This document shows positions 8,410 through 22,570 of a stretch of 32,315 nucleotides of DNA, piece by piece. The stretch covers positions 1 to 32,315 of IMG/VR virus record IMGVR_UViG_2740892235_000016; one strand, given 5' to 3'. The DNA comes from a virus (lineage: Duplodnaviria; Heunggongvirae; Uroviricota; Caudoviricetes). Positions within the stretch are counted from its first letter, which is position 1. The number at the start of each line of letters is the position of its first letter. The position numbers and the translations under genes were made by a program. The notes beneath the pieces are model-generated. The model made no database searches. It saw only the letters and a list, made by a program, of their open reading frames with translations, and was not told the origin of the DNA.

Positions 8410-8630
8410 TGTGGGTCCTTTCCGGCGATCCGACAGGTTACGGGGCGGCGACCTCGCGGGTTTTCGCTATTTATGAAAATTTTCCGGTTTAAGGCGTTTC
8501 CGTTCTTCTTCGTCATAACTTAATGTTTTTATTTAAAATACCCTCTAAAAAGAAAGGAAACGACAGGTGCTGAAAGCGAGCTTTTTGGCCTCTGTCGTTT
8601 CCTTTCTCTGTTTTTGTCCGTGGAATGAAC
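8410..8630 (+). other. cos: cos site: cosQ/cosN/cosB; 12-nt cohesive end GGGCGGCGACCT at about 8443-8454
   Basis: Sequence ...CGACAGGTTACG|GGGCGGCGACCTCGCGGGTTTTCGCTATTTATGAAAATTTTCCGG... corresponds to the joined right and left ends of lambda. Confidence 0.85.
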
Positions 8631-8631
8631 A

Positions 8632-9151
8632 ATGGAAGTCAACAAAAAGCAGCTGGCTGATATTTTCGGTGCGAGTATCCGTACCATTCAGAACTGGCAG
8701 GAGCAGGGAATGCCCGTTCTGCGAGGCGGTGGCAAGGGTAATGAGGTGCTTTATGATTCTGCCGCCGTCATAAAATGGTATGCCGAAAGGGATGCTGAAA
8801 TTGAGAACGAAAAGCTGCGCCGGGAAGTTGAAGAACTGCGGCAGGCCAGCGAGACAGATCTCCAGCCAGGGACTATTGAGTACGAACGCCATCGACTTAC
8901 GCGTGCGCAGGCCGACGCACAGGAGCTGAAAAATGCCAGAGACTCCGCTGAAGTGGTGGAAACCGCATTCTGTACTTTCGTGCTGTCGCGGATCGCAGGT
9001 GAAATTGCCAGTATTCTCGACGGGATCCCCCTGTCGGTGCAGCGGCGTTTTCCGGAACTGGAAAACCGACATGTTGATTTCCTGAAACGGGATATCATCA
9101 AAGCCATGAACAAAGCAGCCGCGCTGGATGAACTGATACCGGGGTTGCTGA

Positions 9152-9177
<26 letters not shown>
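8632..9177 (+). CDS. nu1: Terminase small subunit Nu1
   Basis: 181-aa product MEVNKKQLADIFGASIRTIQNWQEQGMPVLRGGGKGNEVLYD... matches lambda Nu1. Confidence 0.97.
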
Positions 9178-12858
<3,681 letters not shown>

Positions 12859-12878
<20 letters not shown>

Positions 12879-14178
12879 TCTCCCGCATATTGCCAGTATG
12901 GCCTTTAATGAGCCGCTGATGCTTGAACCCGCCTATGCGCGGGTTTTCTTTTGTGCGCTTGCAGGCCAGCTTGGGATCAGCCGCCTGACGGATGCGGTAT
13001 CCGGCGACAGCCTGACTGCCGGAGAGGCACCCGCGGCGCTGGCGTTATCCGTTGATGATGACGGACCACGACAGGCCCGCAGTTATCAGGTCATGAACGG
13101 CATCGCCGTGCTGCCGGTGTCCGGCACGCTGGTCAGCCGGACGCGGGCGCTGCAGCCGTATTCGGGGATGACCGGTTACAACGGCATTATCGCCCGTCTG
13201 CAACAGGCTGCCAGCGACCCGATGGTGGACGGCATTCTGCTCGATATGGATACGCCAGGCGGGATGGTGGCAGGGGCATTTGACTGCGCTGACATCATCG
13301 CCCGTGTGCGTGACATAAAGCCGGTATGGGCGCTGGCCAATGACATGAACTGCAGCGCAGGTCAGCTGCTTGCCAGTGCCTCCTCCCGGCGTCTGGTCAC
13401 GCAGACCGCCCGGACAGGCTCCATCGGCGTCATGATGGCTCACAGTAATTACGGCGCTGCGCTGGAGAAACAGGGCGTGGAAATCACGCTGATTTACAGC
13501 GGTAGCCATAAGGTGGATGGCAACCCCTACAGCCATCTACCGGATGATGTCCGGGAAACATTGCAGTCCCGGATGGATGCAACCCGCCGGATGTTTGCAC
13601 AGAAGGTGTCGGCATATACCGGCCTGTCCGTGCAGGCTGTGCTGGATACCGAGGCTGCAGTGTACAGCGGTCAGGAGGCCATTGATGCCGGACTGGCTGA
13701 TGAACTTGTTAACAGTACCGATGCGATCACCGTCATGCGTGATGCACTGGATGCACGTAAATCCCGTCTCTCAGGAGGGCGAATGACCAAAGAGACTCAA
13801 TCAACAACTGTTTCAGCCACTGCTTCGCAGGCTGACGTTACTGGCGTGGTGCAAGCGACGGAGGGCGAGAACGCCAGCGCGGCGCAGCCGGACGTGAACG
13901 CGCAGATCACCGCAGCGGTTGCGGCAGAAAACAGTCGCATTATGGGGATCCTCAACTGTGAGGAGGCTCACGGACGCGAAGAACAGGCACGCGTGCTGGC
14001 CGAAACCCCCGGTATGACCGTGGAAACGGCCCGCCGCATTCTGGCAGCTGCACCACAGAGTGCACAGGCGCGCAGTGACACTGCGCTGGATCGTCTGATG
14101 CAGGGGGCACCGGCACCGCTGGCTGCAGGTAACCCGGCATCTGATGCCGTTAACGATTTGCTGAACACACCAGTGTAA
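12859..14178 (+). CDS. C: Capsid assembly protease C (start predicted at GTG 12859)
   Basis: ORF track 12724..14178; product from VTAELRNLPHIASMAFNEPL... is 439 aa as lambda gpC; S49-type protease domain. Confidence 0.9.
13573..14178 (+). CDS. nu3: Scaffolding protein Nu3 (in-frame internal start within C)
   Basis: Internal ATG (MDATRRMFAQKV...) in the C frame at the lambda-equivalent position, same stop as C. Confidence 0.75.
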   Translation: MDATRRMFAQKVSAYTGLSVQAVLDTEAAVYSGQEAIDAGLADELVNSTDAITVMRDALDARKSRLSGGRMTKETQSTTVSATASQADVTGVVQATEGENASAAQPDVNAQITAAVAAENSRIMGILNCEEAHGREEQARVLAETPGMTVETARRILAAAPQSAQARSDTALDRLMQGAPAPLAAGNPASDAVNDLLNTPV

Positions 14179-14187
14179 GGGATGTTT

Positions 14188-14520
14188 ATGACGAGCAAAG
14201 AAACCTTTACCCATTACCAGCCGCTGGGCAACAGTGACCCGGCACATACGGCAACCGCGCCCGGCGGATTGAGTGCGAAAGCGCCTACAATGACCCCGCT
14301 GATGCTGGACACCTCCACCCGTAAGCTGGTTGTGTGGGATGGCACCACCGACGGTGCTGCCGTTGGCATTCTGGCGGTTGCTGCTGACCAGACCAGCACC
14401 ACGCTGACGTTCTACAAGTCCGGCACGTTCCGTTATGAGGATGTGCTCTGGCCGGAGGCTGCCAGCGACGAGACGAAAAAACGGACCGCGTTTGCCGGAA
14501 CGGCAATCAGCATCGTTTAA
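14188..14520 (+). CDS. D: Head decoration protein D
   Basis: 110 aa, [31 protein letters not shown]... Confidence 0.95.
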   Translation: MTSKETFTHYQPLGNSDPAHTATAPGGLSAKAPTMTPLMLDTSTRKLVVWDGTTDGAAVGILAVAADQTSTTLTFYKSGTFRYEDVLWPEAASDETKKRTAFAGTAISIV

Positions 14521-14540
14521 CCTTACCCTTCATCACTAAA

Positions 14541-14562
14541 GGCCGCCTGTGCGGCTTTTTTT
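14541..14562 (+). terminator. Hairpin plus T-run between D and E (attenuator-like)
   Basis: ggccgc-ctgt-gcggc followed by TTTTTTT. Confidence 0.5.
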
Positions 14563-14575
14563 ACGGGATTTTTTT

Positions 14576-15601
14576 ATGTCGATGTACACAACCGCCCAGC
14601 TGCTGGCGGCAAATGAGAAGAAATTTAAGTTTGATCCGCTGTTTCTGCGTCTCTTTTTCCGTGAGAGCTATCCCTTCACCACGGAGAAAGTCTATCTCTC
14701 ACAAATTCCGGGACTGGTAAACATGGCGCTGTACGTTTCGCCGATTGTTTCCGGTGAGGTTATCCGCTCCCGTGGCGGCTCCACCTCTGAATTTACACCG
14801 GGATATGTCAAGCCGAAGCATGAGGTGAATCCGCAGATGACCCTGCGTCGCCTGCCGGATGAAGATCCACAGAATCTGGCGGACCCGGCTTACCGCCGCC
14901 GTCGCATCATCCTGCAGAACATGCGAGACGAAGAGCTGGCCATTGCTCAGGTCGAAGAGATGCAGGCCGTTTCTGCCGTGCTTAAGGGCAAATATACCAT
15001 GACCGGTGAAGCCTTCGATCCGGTTGAAGTGGATATGGGCCGCAGTGTGGCGAACAACATCACGCAGTCCGGCGGTACGGAGTGGAGCAAGCGTGACAAG
15101 TCCACGTATGACCCGACCGACGATATCGAAGCCTACGCGCTGAACGCCAGCGGTGTGGTGAATATCATCGTGTTTGATCCGAAAGGCTGGGCGCTGTTCC
15201 GTTCCTTCAAAGCCGTCAAGGAGAAGCTGGATACCCGTCGCGGCTCTAATTCCGAGCTGGAGACAGCGGTAAAAGACCTGGGCGAAGCGGTGTCCTATAA
15301 GGGGATGTATGGCGATACGGCGATCGTCGTGTATTCCGGACAGTACGTGGAAAACGACGTCAAAAAGAACTTCCTGCCGGACAACACGATGGTGCTGGGG
15401 AACACTCAGGCACGCGGTCTGCGCACCTATGGCTGCATTCAGGATGCGGACGCACAGCGCGAAGGTATTAACGCCTCTGCCCGCTACCCGAAAAACTGGG
15501 TGACCACCGGCGATCCGGCGCGTGAGTTCACCATGATTCAGTCAGCACCGCTGATGCTGCTGGCTGACCCTGATGCGTTCGTGTCCGTACAACTGGCGTA
15601 A
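14576..15601 (+). CDS. E: Major capsid protein E
   Basis: 341 aa, MSMYTTAQLLAANEKKFKFDPLFLRLFFRESYPF... Confidence 0.97.
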   Translation: MSMYTTAQLLAANEKKFKFDPLFLRLFFRESYPFTTEKVYLSQIPGLVNMALYVSPIVSGEVIRSRGGSTSEFTPGYVKPKHEVNPQMTLRRLPDEDPQNLADPAYRRRRIILQNMRDEELAIAQVEEMQAVSAVLKGKYTMTGEAFDPVEVDMGRSVANNITQSGGTEWSKRDKSTYDPTDDIEAYALNASGVVNIIVFDPKGWALFRSFKAVKEKLDTRRGSNSELETAVKDLGEAVSYKGMYGDTAIVVYSGQYVENDVKKNFLPDNTMVLGNTQARGLRTYGCIQDADAQREGINASARYPKNWVTTGDPAREFTMIQSAPLMLLADPDAFVSVQLA

Positions 15602-15642
15602 TCATGGCCCTTCGGGGCCATTTTCTCTCTGTGGAGGAGTCC

Positions 15643-16038
15643 ATGACGAAAGATGAACTGATTGCCCGTCTTCAGGTGCTGGGTGAGCAACTGAACCGTG
15701 ATGTCAGCCTGACGGGGACGAAAGAAGAACTGGCACTCCGTGTGGCAGAGCTGGAAGAGGAGCTTGATGACACGGATGACGCTGCTGGTCAGGACACATC
15801 TGTCAGCCCGGAAAATGCGCTGACCGGACATGAAAATGAGGTTGTATCAGCGCAGCCGGATACCGTGACTGATACGGCTGATCTGGTCACGGTTGTGGCA
15901 CTGGTGACGCTGCATACTGATGCACTTCACGCCACGCGGGATGAGGCTGTGGCATTTGTGCTGCCGGGAACGGCGTTCCGTGTCTCTGCCGGTGTGGCAG
16001 CCGAAATGACAGAGCGCGGCCTGGCCAGAATGCAATAA
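15643..16038 (+). CDS. FI: DNA-packaging protein FI
   Basis: MTKDELIARLQVLGEQLNRDVSLTGTKEELALRVAELEEELDD... Confidence 0.9.
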   Translation: MTKDELIARLQVLGEQLNRDVSLTGTKEELALRVAELEEELDDTDDAAGQDTSVSPENALTGHENEVVSAQPDTVTDTADLVTVVALVTLHTDALHATRDEAVAFVLPGTAFRVSAGVAAEMTERGLARMQ

Positions 16039-16049
16039 CGGGAGGCGCT

Positions 16050-16403
16050 GTGGCTGATTTCGATAACCTGTTCGATGCTGCCATTGTCCGCGCCGATGAA
16101 ACGATACGCGGGTACATGGGAACGTCAGCCACCATGACATCCGGTGAGCAGTCCGGCGCAGTAATACGTGGTGTTTTTGATGACCCTGAAAATATCAGCT
16201 ATGCCGGACAGGGCGTGCGCGTTGAAGGCTCCAGCCCGTCCCTGTTTGTCCGGACTGATGATGTGCGGCAGCTGCGGCGTGGAGACACGCTGACCATCGG
16301 TGAGGAAAACTTCTGGATAGACCGGGTTTCGCCGGATGATGGTGGAAGCTGTCATCTCTGGCTTGGGCGGGGCGTACCGCCTGCCGTTAACCGTCGCCGC
16401 TGA
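16050..16403 (+). CDS. FII: Head completion protein FII
   Basis: 117 aa, MADFDNLFDAAIVRADETIRGYMG... Confidence 0.95.
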   Translation: MADFDNLFDAAIVRADETIRGYMGTSATMTSGEQSGAVIRGVFDDPENISYAGQGVRVEGSSPSLFVRTDDVRQLRRGDTLTIGEENFWIDRVSPDDGGSCHLWLGRGVPPAVNRRR

Positions 16404-16414
16404 AAGGGGGATGT

Positions 16415-16993
16415 ATGGCCATAAAAGGTCTTGAGCAGGCCATTGAAAACCTCAGCCGTATCAGCAAAACGGCGGTGCCTGGTGCCGCCGCAATGGCCAT
16501 TAACCGCGTTGCTTCATCCGCGATATCGCAGTCGGCGTCACAGGTTGCCCGTGAGACAAAGGTACGCCGGAAACTGGTAAAGGAAAGGGCCAGGCTGAAA
16601 AGGGCCACGGTCAAAAATCCGCAGGCCAGAATCAAGGTTAACCGGGGGGATTTGCCCGTAATAAAGCTGGGTAACGCGCGGATTGTCCTGTCCCGACGCA
16701 GGCGTCGTAAAAAGGGGCAGCGTTCAGCCCTGAAAGGTGGCGGCAGCGTGCTTGTGGTGGGAAACCGTCGTATTCCCGGCGCGTTTATTCAGCAACTGAA
16801 AAATGGCCGCTGGCATGTCATGCAGCGTGTGGCCGGGAAAAACCGTTACCCCATTGATGTGGTGAAAATCCCGATGGCGGTGCCGCTGACCACGGCGTTT
16901 AAACAGAATATTGAGCGGATACGGCGTGAGCGTCTTCCGAAAGAGCTGGGCTATGCGCTGCAGCATCAACTGAGGATGGTAATAAAGCGATGA
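16415..16993 (+). CDS. Z: Tail completion protein Z
   Basis: 192 aa, MAIKGLEQAIENLSRISKTAVPGAAAMAINR... Confidence 0.95.
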   Translation: MAIKGLEQAIENLSRISKTAVPGAAAMAINRVASSAISQSASQVARETKVRRKLVKERARLKRATVKNPQARIKVNRGDLPVIKLGNARIVLSRRRRRKKGQRSALKGGGSVLVVGNRRIPGAFIQQLKNGRWHVMQRVAGKNRYPIDVVKIPMAVPLTTAFKQNIERIRRERLPKELGYALQHQLRMVIKR

Positions 16994-17385
16994 AACATAC
17001 TGAACTCCGTGCAGCCGTACTGGATGCACTGGAGAAGCATGACACCGGGGCGACGTTTTTTGATGGTCGCCCCGCTGTTTTTGATGAGGCGGATTTTCCG
17101 GCAGTTGCCGTTTATCTCACCGGCGCTGAATACACGGGCGAAGAGCTGGACAGCGATACCTGGCAGGCGGAACTGCATATCGAAGTTTTCCTGCCTGCTC
17201 AGGTGCCGGATTCAGAGCTGGATGCGTGGATGGAGTCCCGGATTTATCCGGTGATGAGCGATATCCCGGCACTGTCAGATTTGATCACCAGTATGGTGGC
17301 CAGTGGCTATGACTACCGGCGCGACGATGATGCGGGCCTGTGGAGTTCTGCCGATCTGACTTATGTCATTACCTATGAAATGTGA
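16990..17385 (+). CDS. U: Tail terminator protein U
   Basis: 131 aa, [31 protein letters not shown]... Confidence 0.95.
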   Translation: MKHTELRAAVLDALEKHDTGATFFDGRPAVFDEADFPAVAVYLTGAEYTGEELDSDTWQAELHIEVFLPAQVPDSELDAWMESRIYPVMSDIPALSDLITSMVASGYDYRRDDDAGLWSSADLTYVITYEM

Positions 17386-17392
17386 GGACGAT

Positions 17393-18133
17393 ATGCCTGT
17401 ACCAAATCCAGCAATACCGGTGAAAGGTGCCGGAACCACCCTGTGGGTTTATAACGGGAGCGGCGACCCTTATGCGAACCCGCTTTCAGACGTTGACTGG
17501 TCGCGTCTGGCTAAAGTTAAAGACCTGACGCCCGGCGAACTGACCGCTGAGTCCTATGACGACAGTTATCTCGATGATGAAGATGCGGACTGGACCGCGA
17601 CCGGGCAGGGGCAGAAATCCGCCGGAGATACCAGCTTCACGCTGGCGTGGATGCCCGGAGAGCAGGGGCAGCAGGCGCTGCTGGCGTGGTTTAATGAAGG
17701 TGATACCCGTGCCTATAAAATCCGCTTCCCGAACGGCACGGTCGATGTGTTCCGTGGCTGGGTCAGCAGTATCGGTAAGGCGGTGACGGCGAAGGAAGTA
17801 ATCACCCGTACGGTGAAGGTCACCAATGTGGGCCGTCCGTCAATGGCAGAAGATCGCAGTACGGTGACGGCGGCAACCGGTATGACTGTGACGCCTGCCA
17901 GCTCCTCGGTGGTGAAAGGGCAGAGCACCACGCTGACCGTAGCATTCCAGCCGGAGGGCGCAACTGACAAGAGCTTCCGTGCGGTGTCAGCGGATAAAAC
18001 AAAAGCCACCGTGTCGGTCAGTGGTATGACCATCACCGTGAAAGGCGTTGCTGCAGGTAAGGTCAACATTCCGGTTGTATCCGGTAATGGTGAACTTGCT
18101 GCGGTTGCAGAAATCACTGTCACCGACAGTTAA
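17393..18133 (+). CDS. V: Major tail tube protein V (with C-terminal Ig-like domain)
   Basis: ORF track 17363..18133, ATG at 17393 ([24 protein letters not shown]...), 246 aa. Confidence 0.95.
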   Translation: MPVPNPAIPVKGAGTTLWVYNGSGDPYANPLSDVDWSRLAKVKDLTPGELTAESYDDSYLDDEDADWTATGQGQKSAGDTSFTLAWMPGEQGQQALLAWFNEGDTRAYKIRFPNGTVDVFRGWVSSIGKAVTAKEVITRTVKVTNVGRPSMAEDRSTVTAATGMTVTPASSSVVKGQSTTLTVAFQPEGATDKSFRAVSADKTKATVSVSGMTITVKGVAAGKVNIPVVSGNGELAAVAEITVTDS

Positions 18134-18148
18134 TCCGGAGAGTCAGCG

Positions 18149-18571
18149 ATGTTCCTGAAAACCGAATCATTTGAACATAACGGCGTGACCGTCACGCTTT
18201 CTGAACTGTCAGCCCTGCAGCGTATTGAGCATCTCGCCCTGATGAAACGGCAGGCAGAACAGGCGGAGTCAGACAGCAACCGGAAGTTTACTGTGGAAGA
18301 CGCCATCAGAACCGGCGCGTTTCTGGTGGCGATGTCCCTGTGGCATAACCATCCGCAGAAGACGCAGATGCCGTCCATGAATGAAGCCGTTAAACAGATT
18401 GAGCAGGAAGTGCTTACCACCTGGCCCACGGAGGCAATTTCTCATGCTGAAAACGTGGTGTACCGGCTGTCTGGTATGTATGAGTTTGTTGTGAATAATG
18501 CCCCTGAACAGACAGAGGTCGCCGGGCCCGCAGAGCCTGTTTCTGCGGGAAAGTGTTCGACGGTGAGCTGA
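18149..18571 (+). CDS. G: Tail assembly chaperone G
   Basis: 140 aa, MFLKTESFEHNGVTVTLSELSALQRIEHLALM... Confidence 0.95.
   Translation: MFLKTESFEHNGVTVTLSELSALQRIEHLALMKRQAEQAESDSNRKFTVEDAIRTGAFLVAMSLWHNHPQKTQMPSMNEAVKQIEQEVLTTWPTEAISHAENVVYRLSGMYEFVVNNAPEQTEVAGPAEPVSAGKCSTVS
18547..18553 (+). promoter_or_regulatory. Programmed -1 ribosomal frameshift slippery heptamer G GGA AAG (G to G-T fusion)
   Basis: Heptamer GGGAAAG in the G frame just upstream of the G stop; the -1 frame continues as the T ORF. Confidence 0.85.
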
Positions 18572-18987
18572 GTTTTGCCCTGAAACTGGCGCGTGAGATG
18601 GGGCGACCCGACTGGCGTGCCATGCTTGCCGGGATGTCATCCACGGAGTATGCCGACTGGCACCGCTTTTACAGTACCCATTATTTTCATGATGTTCTGC
18701 TGGATATGCACTTTTCCGGGCTGACGTACACCGTGCTCAGCCTGTTTTTCAGCGATCCGGATATGCATCCGCTGGATTTCAGTCTGCTGAACCGGCGCGA
18801 GGCTGACGAAGAGCCTGAAGATGATGTGCTGATGCAGAAAGCGGCAGGGCTTGCCGGAGGTGTCCGCTTTGGCCCGGACGGGAATGAAGTTATCCCTACT
18901 TCCCCGGATGTGGCGGACATGACGGAGGATGACGTAATGCTGATGACAGTATCAGAAGGGATCGCAGGAGGAGTCCGGTATGGCTGA
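18553..18987 (+). CDS. T: T portion of tail assembly chaperone G-T (expressed only as a G-T fusion via -1 frameshift)
   Basis: -1 frame ORF following the slippery site, ...FDGELSFALKLAREMGRPDWRAMLAGMSS...; ends TGA 18985-18987 overlapping H start. Confidence 0.85.
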   Translation: MFDGELSFALKLAREMGRPDWRAMLAGMSSTEYADWHRFYSTHYFHDVLLDMHFSGLTYTVLSLFFSDPDMHPLDFSLLNRREADEEPEDDVLMQKAAGLAGGVRFGPDGNEVIPTSPDVADMTEDDVMLMTVSEGIAGGVRYG

Positions 18988-21541
18988 ACCGGTAGGCGAT
19001 CTGGTCGTTGATTTGAGTCTGGATGCGGCCAGATTTGACGAGCAGATGGCCAGAGTCAGGCGTCATTTTTCCGGTACGGAAAGTGATGCGAAAAAAACAG
19101 CGGCAGTCGTTGAACAGTCGCTGAGCCGACAGGCGCTGGCTGCACAGAAAGCGGGGATTTCCGTCGGGCAGTATAAAGCCGCCATGCGTATGCTGCCTGC
19201 ACAGTTCACCGACGTGGCCACGCAGCTTGCAGGCGGGCAAAGTCCGTGGCTGATCCTGCTGCAACAGGGTGGTCAGGTTAAGGACTCCTTCGGCGGGATG
19301 ATCCCCATGTTCAGGGGGCTTGCCGGTGCGATCACCCTGCCGATGGTGGGGGCCACCTCGCTGGCGGTGGCGACCGGTGCGCTGGCGTATGCCTGGTATC
19401 AGGGCAACTCAACCTTGTCCGATTTCAACAAAACGCTGGTCCTTTCCGGCAATCAGTCGGGGCTGACGGCAGATCGTATGCTGGTCCTGTCCAGAGCCGG
19501 GCAGGCGGCAGGGCTGACGTTTAACCAGACCAGCGAGTCACTCAGCGCACTGGTTAAGGCGGGGGTAAGCGGTGAGGCTCAGATTGCGTCCATCAGCCAG
19601 AGTGTGGCGCGTTTCTCCTCTGCATCCGGCGTGGAGGTGGACAAGGTCGCTGAAGCCTTCGGGAAGCTGACCACAGACCCGACGTCGGGGCTGACGGCGA
19701 TGGCACGCCAGTTCCATAACGTGACGGCGGAGCAGATTGCGTATGTTGCTCAGTTGCAGCGTTCCGGCGATGAAGCCGGGGCATTGCAGGCGGCGAACGA
19801 GGCCGCAACGAAAGGGTTTGATGACCAGACCCGCCGCCTGAAAGAGAACATGGGCACGCTGGAGACCTGGGCAGACAGGACTGCGCGGGCCTTCAAATCC
19901 ATGTGGGATGCGGTGCTGGATATTGGTCGTCCTGATACCGCGCAGGAGATGCTGATTAAGGCAGAGGCTGCGTTTAAGAAAGCAGACGACATCTGGAATC
20001 TGCGCAAGGATGATTATTTTGTTAACGATGAAGCGCGGGCGCGTTACTGGGATGATCGTGAAAAGGCCCGTCTTGCGCTTGAAGCCGCCCGAAAGAAGGC
20101 TGAGCAGCAGACTCAACAGGACAAAAATGCGCAGCAGCAGAGCGATACCGAAGCGTCACGGCTGAAATATACCGAAGAGGCGCAGAAGGCTTACGAACGG
20201 CTGCAGACGCCGCTGGAGAAATATACCGCCCGTCAGGAAGAACTGAACAAGGCACTGAAAGACGGGAAAATCCTGCAGGCGGATTACAACACGCTGATGG
20301 CGGCGGCGAAAAAGGATTATGAAGCGACGCTGAAAAAGCCGAAACAGTCCGGCGTGAAGGTGTCTGCGGGCGATCGTCAGGAAGACAGTGCTCATGCTGC
20401 CCTGCTGACGCTTCAGGCAGAACTCCGGACGCTGGAGAAGCATGCCGGAGCAAATGAGAAAATCAGCCAGCAGCGCCGGGATTTGTGGAAGGCAGAAAGT
20501 CAGTTCGCGGTACTGGAGGAGGCGGCACAACGTCGCCAGCTATCCGCACAGGAGAAATCCCTGCTGGCGCATAAAGATGAGACGCTGGAGTACAAACGCC
20601 AGCTGGCTGCACTTGGCGACAAGGTTACGTATCAGGAGCGCCTGAACGCGCTGGCGCAGCAGGCGGATAAATTCGCACAGCAGCAACGGGCAAAACGGGC
20701 CGCCATTGATGCGAAAAGCCGGGGGCTGACTGACCGGCAGGCAGAACGGGAAGCCACGGAACAGCGCCTGAAGGAACAGTATGGCGATAATCCGCTGGCG
20801 CTGAATAACGTCATGTCAGAGCAGAAAAAGACCTGGGCGGCTGAAGACCAGCTTCGCGGGAGCTGGATGGCAGGCCTGAAGTCCGGCTGGAGTGAGTGGG
20901 AAGAGAGCGCCACGGACAGTATGTCGCAGGTAAAAAGTGCAGCCACGCAGACCTTTGATGGTATTGCACAGAATATGGCAGCGATGCTGACCGGCAGTGA
21001 GCAGAACTGGCGCAGCTTCACCCGTTCCGTGCTGTCCATGATGACAGAAATTCTGCTTAAGCAGGCAATGGTGGGGATTGTCGGGAGTATCGGCAGCGCC
21101 ATTGGCGGGGCTGTTGGTGGCGGCGCATCCGCGTCAGGCGGTACAGCCATTCAGGCCGCTGCGGCGAAATTCCATTTTGCAACCGGAGGATTTACGGGAA
21201 CCGGCGGCAAATATGAGCCAGCGGGGATTGTTCACCGTGGTGAGTTTGTCTTCACGAAGGAGGCAACCAGCCGGATTGGCGTGGGGAATCTTTACCGGCT
21301 GATGCGCGGCTATGCCACCGGCGGTTATGTCGGTACACCGGGCAGCATGGCAGACAGCCGGTCGCAGGCGTCCGGGACGTTTGAGCAGAATAACCATGTG
21401 GTGATTAACAACGACGGCACGAACGGGCAGATAGGTCCGGCTGCTCTGAAGGCGGTGTATGACATGGCCCGCAAGGGTGCCCGTGATGAAATTCAGACAC
21501 AGATGCGTGATGGTGGCCTGTTCTCCGGAGGTGGACGATGA
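18980..21541 (+). CDS. H: Tail tape measure protein H
   Basis: 853 aa, as lambda gpH; coiled-coil-rich central region. Confidence 0.97.
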   Translation: MAEPVGDLVVDLSLDAARFDEQMARVRRHFSGTESDAKKTAAVVEQSLSRQALAAQKAGISVGQYKAAMRMLPAQFTDVATQLAGGQSPWLILLQQGGQVKDSFGGMIPMFRGLAGAITLPMVGATSLAVATGALAYAWYQGNSTLSDFNKTLVLSGNQSGLTADRMLVLSRAGQAAGLTFNQTSESLSALVKAGVSGEAQIASISQSVARFSSASGVEVDKVAEAFGKLTTDPTSGLTAMARQFHNVTAEQIAYVAQLQRSGDEAGALQAANEAATKGFDDQTRRLKENMGTLETWADRTARAFKSMWDAVLDIGRPDTAQEMLIKAEAAFKKADDIWNLRKDDYFVNDEARARYWDDREKARLALEAARKKAEQQTQQDKNAQQQSDTEASRLKYTEEAQKAYERLQTPLEKYTARQEELNKALKDGKILQADYNTLMAAAKKDYEATLKKPKQSGVKVSAGDRQEDSAHAALLTLQAELRTLEKHAGANEKISQQRRDLWKAESQFAVLEEAAQRRQLSAQEKSLLAHKDETLEYKRQLAALGDKVTYQERLNALAQQADKFAQQQRAKRAAIDAKSRGLTDRQAEREATEQRLKEQYGDNPLALNNVMSEQKKTWAAEDQLRGSWMAGLKSGWSEWEESATDSMSQVKSAATQTFDGIAQNMAAMLTGSEQNWRSFTRSVLSMMTEILLKQAMVGIVGSIGSAIGGAVGGGASASGGTAIQAAAAKFHFATGGFTGTGGKYEPAGIVHRGEFVFTKEATSRIGVGNLYRLMRGYATGGYVGTPGSMADSRSQASGTFEQNNHVVINNDGTNGQIGPAALKAVYDMARKGARDEIQTQMRDGGLFSGGGR

Positions 21542-21867
21542 AGACCTTCCGCTGGAAAGTGAAACCCGGTATGGATGTGGCTTCGGTCCCTTCTGTAAGA
21601 AAGGTGCGCTTTGGTGATGGCTATTCTCAGCGAGCGCCTGCCGGGCTGAATGCCAACCTGAAAACGTACAGCGTGACGCTTTCTGTCCCCCGTGAGGAGG
21701 CCACGGTACTGGAGTCGTTTCTGGAAGAGCACGGGGGCTGGAAATCCTTTCTGTGGACGCCGCCTTATGAGTGGCGGCAGATAAAGGTGACCTGCGCAAA
21801 ATGGTCGTCGCGGGTCAGTATGCTGCGTGTTGAGTTCAGCGCAGAGTTTGAACAGGTGGTGAACTGA
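21538..21867 (+). CDS. M: Tail tip protein M
   Basis: 109 aa, MKTFRWKVKPGMDVASVPSVRKVRFGDGYSQ... Confidence 0.95.
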   Translation: MKTFRWKVKPGMDVASVPSVRKVRFGDGYSQRAPAGLNANLKTYSVTLSVPREEATVLESFLEEHGGWKSFLWTPPYEWRQIKVTCAKWSSRVSMLRVEFSAEFEQVVN

Positions 21868-22565
21868 TGCAGGATATCCGGCAGGAAACACTGAATGAAT
21901 GCACCCGTGCGGAGCAGTCGGCCAGCGTGGTGCTCTGGGAAATCGACCTGACAGAGGTCGGTGGAGAACGTTATTTTTTCTGTAATGAGCAGAACGAAAA
22001 AGGTGAGCCGGTCACCTGGCAGGGGCGACAGTATCAGCCGTATCCCATTCAGGGGAGCGGTTTTGAACTGAATGGCAAAGGCACCAGTACGCGCCCCACG
22101 CTGACGGTTTCTAACCTGTACGGTATGGTCACCGGGATGGCGGAAGATATGCAGAGTCTGGTCGGCGGAACGGTGGTCCGGCGTAAGGTTTACGCCCGTT
22201 TTCTGGATGCGGTGAACTTCGTCAACGGAAACAGTTATGCCGATCCGGAGCAGGAGGTGATCAGCCGCTGGCGCATTGAGCAGTGCAGCGAACTGAGCGC
22301 GGTGAGTGCCTCCTTTGTACTGTCCACGCCGACGGAAACGGATGGCGCTGTTTTTCCGGGACGTATCATGCTGGCCAACACCTGCACCTGGACCTATCGC
22401 GGTGACGAGTGCGGTTATAGCGGTCCGGCTGTCGCGGATGAATATGACCAGCCAACATCCGATATCACGAAGGATAAATGCAGCAAATGCCTGAGCGGTT
22501 GTAAGTTCCGCAATAACGTCGGCAACTTTGGCGGCTTCCTTTCCATTAACAAACTTTCGCAGTAA
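21867..22565 (+). CDS. L: Tail tip protein L
   Basis: 232 aa, MQDIRQETLNECTRAEQSASVVLWEIDLTEVGG... Confidence 0.95.
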   Translation: MQDIRQETLNECTRAEQSASVVLWEIDLTEVGGERYFFCNEQNEKGEPVTWQGRQYQPYPIQGSGFELNGKGTSTRPTLTVSNLYGMVTGMAEDMQSLVGGTVVRRKVYARFLDAVNFVNGNSYADPEQEVISRWRIEQCSELSAVSASFVLSTPTETDGAVFPGRIMLANTCTWTYRGDECGYSGPAVADEYDQPTSDITKDKCSKCLSGCKFRNNVGNFGGFLSINKLSQ

Positions 22566-22570
22566 ATCCC

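Noticed and set aside
8259-8516. 85-aa minus-strand ORF spanning the cos site
   Set aside because: Crosses cosN/cosB, has no RBS, and the region matches lambda non-coding cos sequence
8545-9113. Minus-strand ORFs 8545..9072 and 8751..9113
   Set aside because: Antisense to Nu1, which matches lambda Nu1
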